Shown here: in pieces, positions 1-7,460 of the stretch
Layout of the letters: each line of letters opens with the position of its first letter
Position numbering within the stretch: the first letter of the stretch is position 1
Origin: Candidatus Sumerlaeia bacterium
Lineage (GTDB): Bacteria; Sumerlaeota; Sumerlaeia; SLMS01
Direction of reading: 5' to 3'
NCBI GenBank assembly: GCA_038208905.1
Contig: JBBQYG010000147.1
Location: 1-10,275 of the forward strand
DNA: 10,275 nt
Notes under the pieces: generated by a model
Told to the model about the DNA's origin: nothing
Seen by the model: only the letters and a program-made list of their open reading frames with translations
The model's database searches: none
Translations under genes and position numbers: made by a program

Positions 1-72
1 CTGCCGCTTTTCCATCTTGCTGAGGAGAGCGGTCATGGGCACGAAGCGGGAATCCGTGCGGAGCGGGGTATT

Positions 73-99
73 GTCGGACGGATAGGACCGATGGGACCA
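73..99. repeat. Degenerate 9-bp tandem repeat (GTCGGACGG ATAGGACCG ATGGGACCA)
   Basis: Three units with GGAC in constant 9-nt phase. Confidence 0.5.
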
Positions 100-101
100 G
101 A

Positions 102-161
102 TGTTCCCGCCAGCTCCGTTCCGCCCTCTCCGCCGTTCCCGCTTTTCCCCGCCTTCATCGC
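102..161. repeat. Degenerate ~9-bp tandem repeat (consensus near CGTTCCCGC); reverse complement resembles the repeat at 7152-7178
   Basis: Units ccgttccgc 116-124, cctctccgc 125-133, cgttcccgc 134-142, ttttccccgc 143-152, cttcatcgc 153-161, plus tgttcccgc 102-110. Confidence 0.5.
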
Positions 162-260
162 CACCAAAAAGCCAGCAAGTTCCCCCTTTCGTTGGTCCCG
201 ACGCCTGTGCTTCAATTGCCGCGCCGTTTGTGAACAAATGATCACGAAAGGCGGGGCACC

Positions 261-1142
261 ATGACAGTCTGCACACCCACGGATCCAGAACTCGCGATGA
301 ACGCCGCCCCTGCTCTCACTCCCGCCGACCGGTTCCGCCTGGCGCCGATGGCGTCGCCCGCCGACTTTTTTGCCCCCCCGGTGGGGATCGACATCCTGAC
401 GCTGCCGCATCAGATCAATGCGCAGTACCAGGTGGGGTTCGCGGTTTCGCCGATGGCGGTGGACCGGGCGCTGAGGTTGCGGTATGCGGTGTTCAACGAG
501 GAGCTGGGCGAGGGCCTGATGGCGTCGCGGAGCACGGGGCTGGATCGCGACGAGTTCGACGATCAGATGCGCCATTTGGTCCTCTTCGACGCGAAGACGC
601 ACGAGGTGGTGGGCACGTATCGGCTGCAGACGGCGACGCATGGCCTGGCGGGGCTCGGGCTTTACTGCGCCAACGAGTATGACCTTTCTCCGATCATGCA
701 TCTGGTGCCGCAACTGGTGGAGTGCGGGCGCGCGTGTGTGCTGAAGGGGCATCGCAGCTACTCCACGGTGATGATGCTGTGGAAGGGGCTGGCGGTCTTC
801 ATGGATTTGACGAATTGCCGCTATCTGTTTGGCTGCTGCTCCCTGACGACGATTGATCCCGACGACGGCTGGCGCGCGATGCGGGCGCTGCGCAAGATGG
901 GCGTGCTGGAGAAGGACCTGATGGCGCCGATGCCGGCGACGAGTTGTGGCGATCCCGCGCGGGAGACGAGCGGCGAGGTCCACGGCACGGTGAAGATTCC
1001 CAAGCTCTTTGGCGCGTACCTCAGCCTGGGGTCGCGGGTGATTTCGTTCCCGGCCATCGACCGCGAATTCGGCACGGTGGATTTCCTGATCATGCTGGAC
1101 AAGACGCGCGTGAATTTTTCGAGCCTCCTGATCCGCGCCTGA
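261..1142 (+). CDS. GNAT-family N-acyltransferase, OlsB-like (ornithine/amino-acid N-acyltransferase; Acetyltransf_5 type)
   Basis: Family-typical motifs: ALRLRYAVFNEE, GLDRDEFD, VVGTYRL, VECGRACV, LWKGLA, YLFGCCSL, IPKLFGAYLSLG, PAIDREFGTVDFLIMLD. Start may instead be the ATG at 297. Stop overlaps the next start (TGATG, 1140-1144). Confidence 0.85.
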   Translation: MTVCTPTDPELAMNAAPALTPADRFRLAPMASPADFFAPPVGIDILTLPHQINAQYQVGFAVSPMAVDRALRLRYAVFNEELGEGLMASRSTGLDRDEFDDQMRHLVLFDAKTHEVVGTYRLQTATHGLAGLGLYCANEYDLSPIMHLVPQLVECGRACVLKGHRSYSTVMMLWKGLAVFMDLTNCRYLFGCCSLTTIDPDDGWRAMRALRKMGVLEKDLMAPMPATSCGDPARETSGEVHGTVKIPKLFGAYLSLGSRVISFPAIDREFGTVDFLIMLDKTRVNFSSLLIRA

Positions 1143-1963
1143 TGGCGGCCTCCGCGCGCCTTCCCCACAACCCGATTCTCGCCGCCGTCCGTTTTGCGGG
1201 CCTGATCGCGTGCGTCGTGGCGGGCTATGCGAATCTGCTGCTGGTGCGCCCGTTCCACAGGCCCGGCCCCGCGCGCCGCCGGTTGCAGGAGCGGCTGATC
1301 CACCGCTGGCTCGGCAGCTATGCCCGCATCTTCGGATTTCGCGTCACGGTGGAGGGCGCCATCCCTCATCCCTCGTCCCTCATCCCCGCCACCGGGGGCC
1401 TGCTCGCGCCGAACCACCTCGGCTATGCCGACATCGCCGTGATGGCGTCGATCATGCCCTGTCAGTTTGTCACGCGTGGGGAGTTCCTGCGCGCGCCCGT
1501 GGCCGGCAGGATCCTGCGCGACTATGGAGTGCCCGCCGTCGAGCGCGCCCGCACGCGCGGCGTGAGCGACCTGCCCGGGGAGATCGCCGAGCGCCTGCGC
1601 ACGGGGACGCGGCTGTGCGTTTTCCTGGAGGGAACCAGCACCGGCGGAGACCGCGTACTGCCGTTTCGATCGCCGATTCTCCAGGGCGTCGTCGCCGCGG
1701 GCGCGCCGGTGATTCCCGTCGCGATCCTGTGGAGCCACGCCGACCCGCGCGCGCTCATCGCGGAGGACCTCGCCTATTGGAAGGACCACGAGATGCTGCC
1801 GCATGTGTGGCGCCTGCTGGGGCTGCGGGGCTTTGCCGCGCGAGTAATCCTTGGCCAACCGATTCCCACCGGTGGCGACGACCGCAAGCAGGCGGCGGCG
1901 GCGGCGCGCGAGGCCGTGGTGGCGCTGACGGGGCTGCCCGCGATGGGGCCGGAGGCACAGTAG
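1142..1963 (+). CDS. Lysophospholipid acyltransferase, PlsC/OlsA family
   Basis: HX4D motif NHLGYAD, block III FLEGTST, then PFRS and VIPVAI; hydrophobic N-terminal segment. Start taken at ATG 1142 (coupled to the upstream TGA), not 944 as in the ORF track. Confidence 0.88.
   Translation: MAASARLPHNPILAAVRFAGLIACVVAGYANLLLVRPFHRPGPARRRLQERLIHRWLGSYARIFGFRVTVEGAIPHPSSLIPATGGLLAPNHLGYADIAVMASIMPCQFVTRGEFLRAPVAGRILRDYGVPAVERARTRGVSDLPGEIAERLRTGTRLCVFLEGTSTGGDRVLPFRSPILQGVVAAGAPVIPVAILWSHADPRALIAEDLAYWKDHEMLPHVWRLLGLRGFAARVILGQPIPTGGDDRKQAAAAAREAVVALTGLPAMGPEAQ
1361..1387 (+). repeat. Heptamer tandem repeat ATCCCTC inside the acyltransferase CDS
   Basis: atccctc-atccctc-gtccctc-atcccc, encoding IPHPSSLIP. 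Confidence 0.75.
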
Positions 1964-2198
1964 CATGGGCATCCTGCCCATGCCCTGACACGGATGCTAC
2001 CATCACTGTGCTAATGACTCCTGCCTCGGCCACAGTAGCATGGGCATCCTGCCCATGCCCCGACACGGATGCTACCATCGCTGTGCTAATGACTCCTGCC
2101 TTGGCCACAGTAGCATGGGCATCCTGCCCATGCCCCGACAGCGTGCGCATTACCGAAGGCTTGCGGTTTCACCCACATGGGCAGGATGCCCATGCTAC
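1956..2198. repeat. GTAG-family REP cluster: 75-bp tandem units plus an inverted REP doublet
   Basis: 23-mer GTAG-CATGGGCA-TCC-TGCCCATG at 1960-1982, 2035-2057 and 2110-2132 (+), with a perfect inverted copy at 2176-2198. Units 1956-2030 and 2031-2105 match at 72/75. Confidence 0.9.
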
Positions 2199-2235
2199 CG
2201 TGGGCCATGCTACCGTGGGTCATGCTACCGTGGGT
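2191..2235. repeat. 15-bp tandem triplication CATGCTACCGTGGGY (GTAG foot of the REP plus flank)
   Basis: Units at 2191-2205, 2206-2220 and 2221-2235. Confidence 0.92.
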
Positions 2236-3154
2236 CGCGATATCCGCGCAGGAACTCCCGCGCGATGCGGGCCTCCAGCAGCTCCAGCGAATCGTAGCGC
2301 CCCAGCGCCGCGCGCAGCCGCCCGCGCACTCCGCGAAGACGCGCCGCGTGCTGTATATACTCGCCGAGGATGCGGTCCTTCAGCTCGGGATAGAGGTCGC
2401 AGAACCGCCGCGCCGCGCGGCCCCTCATGCGGGACTTGGGGAGGTACTCCGCCGCCGTGAATTCGTGGACGTGATACAGCACCGCCTCATAGGCCATCGC
2501 GATCAGCAGTCCGTGGCGCGTGCAGAGGCGGTAGCCCAGTTCCGTGTCTTCGAAGGCTGGCTCGGGAAACTCCTCGTCGAATCGCGCGCCCTCGTCGAAC
2601 CAGCGGCGATCCACCGAGAGGTTCATCGTGTGGAAGTACTCCCACGTGGCGTTCATCTCTCCGGGAATCAGGTAGTAGAACGAATCGTGGTGCGCCACCC
2701 AGTGCATGAATTCCGTGCGGACAACCTCCGGCGCCCAGCGCGTGTTTCCCATCACCGCGTGCCCGGGGCGGCGGCGGTGCATCGCGTCGTGGGCCGCCAG
2801 GAGGCCCGGCTCGCAGCGCACGTCGTCATTGAGGAAAAGGATCAACTCCCCGCGGCACTCCGGCAACTCGCGGTTGCGGGCCTTGGCGGGACCGCCAGCG
2901 GGAACATTGATCCAGCGCGACGTCCAGCCGGGGGCCTCGATCAACGGCCCGGCGTCGCGTTGTATAGACACGGGTCCGCCATCGCACACGATGATGAGTT
3001 CGCCGCTCGCCTCGCCCGCGAGGGGGCGCAGCGACGCGAGGCACTCCCTCAGGCGGTCGAGCCGGTCCTTCACGCAGATGAGGATGGTAAATCGCGGCAA
3101 GTCCAGCGGCCCGTCCCTCCTCGGTGGCGCTAACGGATCATCAGGCCCGTCCAC
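2225..3154 (-). CDS. Glycosyltransferase family 2 (GT-A fold)
   Basis: FTILICVKDR..LRECLASL, ELIIVCDGG, GPAKARN, GELILFLNDD, FEDTELGYRL. Start uncertain: GTG at 3154, or TTG at 3100 downstream of GAGGAGG. Confidence 0.88.
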   Translation of the reverse strand: MDGPDDPLAPPRRDGPLDLPRFTILICVKDRLDRLRECLASLRPLAGEASGELIIVCDGGPVSIQRDAGPLIEAPGWTSRWINVPAGGPAKARNRELPECRGELILFLNDDVRCEPGLLAAHDAMHRRRPGHAVMGNTRWAPEVVRTEFMHWVAHHDSFYYLIPGEMNATWEYFHTMNLSVDRRWFDEGARFDEEFPEPAFEDTELGYRLCTRHGLLIAMAYEAVLYHVHEFTAAEYLPKSRMRGRAARRFCDLYPELKDRILGEYIQHAARLRGVRGRLRAALGRYDSLELLEARIAREFLRGYRDPR

Positions 3155-4608
3155 GAGCCGGGGCCGGGGAGCGTCGTGCGGCTGGCCTCCACCGTGTTGC
3201 CGTAGAATCCTTGGTTCGCGCGGCCACCGTTGCCCGCGGGTTCCAGCTCAAACGGAGCGAGGGGATTCGCCGCGTCGATGGCGGGACTGGTCACCGGGTC
3301 TAGCACCCAGCCGGCGGTCGCGGTGGACCAGTGGCCGGCCTGTGATTGCAGGTGAAAATCCCCCGCCGCCGCGTTGACGAAGAGCGGATCGCCCACGCGG
3401 TTGCCGGTGCCGGGAACCGCCTCTTCGGTGGTGGAGTAGCTAACCGTGACGGAGCCCGGATCGGCCCCAAACACCGAGCTGCCATCGTTACCCCACATGA
3501 TGCTGTTCTCCACCGTCGCGGTGCAGAACGGGGAGACGAACAAGGCATTGCCGCCCAGCGTCGGCTCCGGCGTCAGGTGTCCCCAGATCGTGCAATGGCG
3601 AATCGTCGCCGTGGAGCCGATGTCGTCGGGGCCCGGGTCCACATACACCGCGCCCGCGCCAGAGTCGGGATTCGTCTCGTTCGCATAGATCAGGCAGTGC
3701 TCGATCACGGCGCTGGCGCCCTCGTCGATGAAGACGCCCGATCCGGCGCCGGGGGAAAAGTTGTGGTGGATCCTGTTGCGGCGAATCATCGCAAAGGCGC
3801 CGGAGTTGAAAACGATGATGCCGCCGCCCCACCCATAGCCAAGGTCGCGGCCGATCTCGTTGCCGAAAATCTCGTTGTCCTCGATCGTGATGTCGGGGCT
3901 GAAGGCGTATATACCGCCGCCATGGTCGCCCACGGCCACGTTCCCCTCCACGGTATTGCCGCGGATGACCACAATGCCGCCGCTGACGGTGATCCCCGCG
4001 CCGCGCGCCGCGCGGTTGCTGCGGATGGTGTTGCCGTCGATCGTGGTGTTGGCGTTGCCGGTGAAGATCCCGCCCCCAAAGCTTTCGAGTTCCGCGTCGA
4101 TGGCGGTGTTGTCCTCGATCAGGTTGTTGGCGATGGTTGGCGAGCCGCCATCGATATAGACGCCGCCCCCCTGGCTGCGGAATTCGTCGCGGCTGGCGCC
4201 TCCGCCGCCCCGGATTGTGAAGCCCTCCACGCGGCTTGCGCCGGACTCGACCAGTTCGAAGACCGCACTGGTCGCGACTCCCTCAACCACGGTCACGTTG
4301 GTCTGCGGATTCGCGGCGGAAAAATCCCCCGGCGTGGACGCCGCATACTCCAGCGCCAACGCCCCCGCAAAGCCGCCCATCACCGTCAGCGTCTTCGCCT
4401 CCACAACCACCGGCCCCACATACGTCCCGCGCGCCACCAGCACCCGGTCGCCCCCGTTAGCGGCGGCAACCGCCGCGGAGATCGACCGATAGGGCCGAAC
4501 CGCCGAACCGTCCTCGGTCCCCGTCTCGTTATTCTGATCCACGCGCACATCCGCCGCATGGGTCACGGTGGCGGCGGCAAGCATCGCAACGACGAGGGCA
4601 CGGCGCAT
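3130..4608 (-). CDS. Secreted right-handed parallel beta-helix repeat protein (pectin lyase-like fold)
   Basis: Signal peptide MRRALVVAMLAAATVTHA; GTEDGSAVRPYRSISAAV N-cap; repeated GGGI(Y/F)..I.NN.I..N units; C-terminal DPLFV..GDFHLQS..SPAIDAANP..EP.GNGGRANQGFYGNT.EAS block. Start placed at ATG 4608. Confidence 0.85.
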   Translation of the reverse strand: MRRALVVAMLAAATVTHAADVRVDQNNETGTEDGSAVRPYRSISAAVAAANGGDRVLVARGTYVGPVVVEAKTLTVMGGFAGALALEYAASTPGDFSAANPQTNVTVVEGVATSAVFELVESGASRVEGFTIRGGGGASRDEFRSQGGGVYIDGGSPTIANNLIEDNTAIDAELESFGGGIFTGNANTTIDGNTIRSNRAARGAGITVSGGIVVIRGNTVEGNVAVGDHGGGIYAFSPDITIEDNEIFGNEIGRDLGYGWGGGIIVFNSGAFAMIRRNRIHHNFSPGAGSGVFIDEGASAVIEHCLIYANETNPDSGAGAVYVDPGPDDIGSTATIRHCTIWGHLTPEPTLGGNALFVSPFCTATVENSIMWGNDGSSVFGADPGSVTVSYSTTEEAVPGTGNRVGDPLFVNAAAGDFHLQSQAGHWSTATAGWVLDPVTSPAIDAANPLAPFELEPAGNGGRANQGFYGNTVEASRTTLPGPGSWTGLMIR

Positions 4609-4763
4609 GGGGGGAGGCTCCGGGGGGGACGATTGGAAACATGAATACGGCAATACCCACGTACCGGGGCCCGTGGGTCAATCGAGATGCCCTGATTGGG
4701 AATGGGGACGGGCAGTACGCAATCGGGCCACACGCCCATTTCCGCATTGAGGCTCTGTCCGGA

Positions 4764-5123
4764 TTCCCGTGGCCGCAGTCGCCGACACTGAAGCAGGCGC
4801 AAGCCATCGCCAAAGCCGCCGTCGAGTTGCGCAAGCTTCGCCGCGAGGTGATGCAGGAGCACGGCTGGAGTCTGCGCGACCTGTACCAGACGCTCGAAAC
4901 TCCGGGATCGAATCCCCTGCGCGACGCGCAAGAGGCGCTGGACACCGTCGTCCGCGCGGCCTATGGCATGAGGAAATCGGAGGACATCCTCGCCTTCCTC
5001 CTCAAGCTGAACCATCAGGTGGCCGATCGCGAAGGTCAGCTTCTCGAAGTCACCGGCCCCGGCCTCCCGCCCTGCGTGACGGACAAAAAGCCATTCATCA
5101 CAAAGGATTGCATTGTGGCCTAA
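4764..5123 (+). pseudogene. Orphan C-terminal fragment of an MmeI-like (type IIL/IIG) restriction-methyltransferase, within ORF 4641..5123
   Basis: FPWPQSPT..AIAKAAVELRKLRREVM..WSLRDLYQTL..NPLRDAQEALDTVVRAAYGM..EDILAFLLKLN resembles the MmeI-family C-terminus. No methyltransferase or nuclease motifs upstream; the first ~41 codons of the ORF are not recognisable. Confidence 0.72.
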
Positions 5124-5287
5124 TTATTTTCCGTTCCTGCGCCGCCGCCCCCTTCCCCATTGACCGACCGGCCAAGTGCCGGGTTGACTCACCCTTCGCC
5201 GGGCGGTGGCGCGCGGGCTTGGGGCCAGGACCCCTGCCCGCTGTCCCTGTCCCCCGACCACGGCGCATTCCAAAAGGACGCATTACC

Positions 5288-7147
5288 ATGAGTGTGGCAA
5301 CGATTACCCGGCAGCAACCGACGGAAGCCCGACACCCCTTTGCGGGCAAGAAGATGACGGGAGCCGATATGGTTGTCCAGGTACTCGCCGACGAGGGCGT
5401 CGATGTGATCTTCGGCTATAGCGGCGGGGCCATCCTGCCGACCTATGACGCCGTGTTCCGCTACAACGAGAGCAAGGACCGCCAGACCGAGGAAGTGAAG
5501 CTGATCGTGCCCGCCAACGAGCAGGGCGCCGGCTTCATGGCGGCGGGCTATTCCCGCGCCAGTGGCAAGGTGGGCGTTTTCCTGGTAACGTCCGGCCCCG
5601 GTGCCACCAACTGCGTAACCCCCATTCGCGACTGCATGGCCGATTCGATTCCCGTGGTGCTGATCTGTGGCCAAGTGCCGACGGCGGCGGTGGGGACCGA
5701 CGCGTTTCAGGAGGCCCCGATCTTCAATATCATGAGCGCCAGCGCGAAGCACTGCTTTCTGGTGACCGACCCCACGAAGCTGGAGGCAACCGTCCGCTCC
5801 GCCTTCGAGATCGCCCGCAGCGGCCGCCCCGGTCCCGTGGTGATCGACCTGCCCAAGGACGTCCAGAACTGGGTCGGCGAGTTCAAGGGCGAGGGCGTCC
5901 TCAACTTCCGCGGCCATGAGGCGCGGATGGAGGAGTTGGAGGCGGCGCGCATGAACGACAAGCTCGCGGCGCGCTTCTTCCAGATGCTCGCCCAGAGCGA
6001 GCGCCCCCTGCTCTATGTCGGTGGCGGCGTCGTCAACGCCAACGCCTCGCTGGAGCTGCGCGAGTTCAGCGACCGCTTCCAGATCCCCGTGGTCACCACG
6101 CTCATGGGCATCGGCGCCATCGACGTCCACAGCGACCTCTCCATGCACATGCTCGGCATGCACGGCACCGCCTACGCCAACTATTCGGTCGAGGACTGCG
6201 ACATGCTGATCGCCGTGGGCAGCCGCTTCGACGACCGCGTGGCCGGCAAGGTCAAGGAGTTCGCCCCCAACGCCCGCTTCATCGCCCACATCGACATCGA
6301 CGCCGCCGAAATCGGCAAGGTCAAGAACATCAACTGGTCCTTTGTCGCCGACGCCAAGACGGGCCTTCGCGCCCTGATCGACTTCGGCGCCACCGCCTTC
6401 AAGAAGGACTACACCGCGTGGCACGCCCACCTGGCGGAGTTGAAGGTGGAGCACGCGATGAACTATGACCGGAACAGCAAGTTCATCCAGCCCTACTATG
6501 TGATCGAAACCCTCAGCGAAGTCACCAACGGAGAGGCCATCATCGCCACCGGCGTGGGCCAGCACCAGATGTGGGCCGCCCAGTACTACAAGTACCGCCA
6601 CCCGCGCAGCTGGCTGACCAGCGGCAGCATGGGCACCATGGGCTTTGGCCTTCCCGCCGCCATCGGCGCCCAGTTTGCCTGCCCCGACCGCCTGGTGATC
6701 GACATCGACGGCGACGGCTCCATCCGCATGAACCTGGGAGAGCTGGAGACCGCGACCACTTACGGCACGCCGGTCAAGGTGCTCCTCCTCAACAACAACG
6801 GGGACGGCATGGTTCGCCAGTGGCAGAAGATGATGTACGAGAACCGCTTCTCCGGCACCGACAAGACCCTTCACATGAAGGACTTCGTCAAGGCCGCCGA
6901 GGCCGACGGCTACAAGTACGCCGTCCGCCTCAGCGACCCCGCCCTGGTCCGCGAGACCATCGAGAAGTTCGTCGCCTTCGACGGCCCCGCCTTCCTCGAG
7001 GTCATGATCGACCCCGACGCCTGCGTTTACCCGATGGTGGGACCCGGCAAGGGCTACAAGGAAATGACCACCGGCGAATGGATCAAGCCACGCACGATCC
7101 ACGCACCGGAAAAGGTCGAGACCGAGAAGGCGTACAACATGTTCTAA
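5288..7147 (+). CDS. ilvB: Acetolactate synthase large (catalytic) subunit, biosynthetic type
   Basis: FGYSGGAILP, NEQGAGFMA (catalytic Glu), VTSGPGATN, GTDAFQE, GMHG, RFDDRV, GVGQHQMWAAQ, SGSMGTMGFGLPAAIGA and the ThDP motif GDGS..NN. AAAGGA RBS before ATG 5288; strongly C/G-ending codons. Confidence 0.95.
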   Translation: MSVATITRQQPTEARHPFAGKKMTGADMVVQVLADEGVDVIFGYSGGAILPTYDAVFRYNESKDRQTEEVKLIVPANEQGAGFMAAGYSRASGKVGVFLVTSGPGATNCVTPIRDCMADSIPVVLICGQVPTAAVGTDAFQEAPIFNIMSASAKHCFLVTDPTKLEATVRSAFEIARSGRPGPVVIDLPKDVQNWVGEFKGEGVLNFRGHEARMEELEAARMNDKLAARFFQMLAQSERPLLYVGGGVVNANASLELREFSDRFQIPVVTTLMGIGAIDVHSDLSMHMLGMHGTAYANYSVEDCDMLIAVGSRFDDRVAGKVKEFAPNARFIAHIDIDAAEIGKVKNINWSFVADAKTGLRALIDFGATAFKKDYTAWHAHLAELKVEHAMNYDRNSKFIQPYYVIETLSEVTNGEAIIATGVGQHQMWAAQYYKYRHPRSWLTSGSMGTMGFGLPAAIGAQFACPDRLVIDIDGDGSIRMNLGELETATTYGTPVKVLLLNNNGDGMVRQWQKMMYENRFSGTDKTLHMKDFVKAAEADGYKYAVRLSDPALVRETIEKFVAFDGPAFLEVMIDPDACVYPMVGPGKGYKEMTTGEWIKPRTIHAPEKVETEKAYNMF

Positions 7148-7151
7148 GGCA

Positions 7152-7178
7152 GGGAACGGCGGAAACGGCGGGAACGGC
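7152..7178. repeat. 9-bp tandem repeat GGRAACGGC x3
   Basis: gggaacggc-ggaaacggc-gggaacggc, with a fourth unit at 7187-7195. Confidence 0.8.
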
Positions 7179-7230
7179 CAAAAGAAGGAAACGGCTCGGC
7201 GCGGGGGAATGCGTCGGGCCGTTTCCTGTT
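7179..7230. terminator. Probable intrinsic terminator hairpin between convergent ilvB and the FkbM gene
   Basis: 17-bp stem 7186-7202 / 7211-7227 (two G-U pairs on the + strand), 8-nt loop. Followed by TCTTTT on the - strand but only GTT on the + strand. Confidence 0.55.
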
Positions 7231-7283
7231 AAGGCTGTTTGGAAATCCATGTCGTCGTTGCGGCACCCCGAAAACTTCATTTG

Positions 7284-7402
7284 CCACGGAGGTCTCGGAG
7301 AACACTGAGCACAATCCGGCATTGATCGTGGGAAGGATGGGCGAGAGGACGATGAGGCCTGCTCACGCCGGCCGTTCTCCGTGTCCTCGGTGGCCTCCGT
7401 GG
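7284..7402. repeat. Inverted-repeat element with 26-bp arms built from 9-bp CACGGAG-type units
   Basis: CCACGGAGGTCTCGGAGAACACTGAG (7284-7309) vs reverse complement of 7377-7402, CCACGGAGGCCACCGAGGACACGGAG: 21/26 match, 67-bp spacer. Confidence 0.75.
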
Positions 7403-7460
7403 TGAACTGCCTTTTGAGGCTGGACTCGGCTACCACATTCTGAAAAGCCCTCCAAGGGCG

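Noticed and set aside
1..36. Possible start of a minus-strand gene (MTALLSKMEKRQ)
   Set aside because: Only 12 codons are visible, so it cannot be supported.
229..246. CRP/FNR-like site TGTGA-N8-TCACG
   Set aside because: Spacer is 8 nt rather than the canonical 6, with no other support.
1956..2198. CRISPR array (palindromic repeats at a 75-bp period)
   Set aside because: The would-be spacers are nearly identical, one copy is inverted, the repeat has GTAG-REP structure, and no cas genes are present.
4769..5287. 173-aa N-terminal extension of IlvB
   Set aside because: Low-complexity Arg/Pro-rich sequence overlapping the MmeI-like frame; homology and the RBS point to ATG 5288.
5124..5287. 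ilv attenuator leader peptide
   Set aside because: No short Ile/Leu/Val-rich ORF with a terminator and U-tract was seen.
33..7102. Long antisense or alternate-frame ORFs (33..983, 821..1981, 1210..2460, 2177..3133, 3346..4644, 5189..7102)
   Set aside because: Shadow ORFs expected in high-GC coding DNA; no recognisable motifs.
7230..7451. Outer TIR pair (AGGCTGTTTGGAAAT ... ATTCTGAAAAGCCCT) enclosing the 7284-7402 element
   Set aside because: Only about 9/15 complementary with no clear target duplication; too weak to call.
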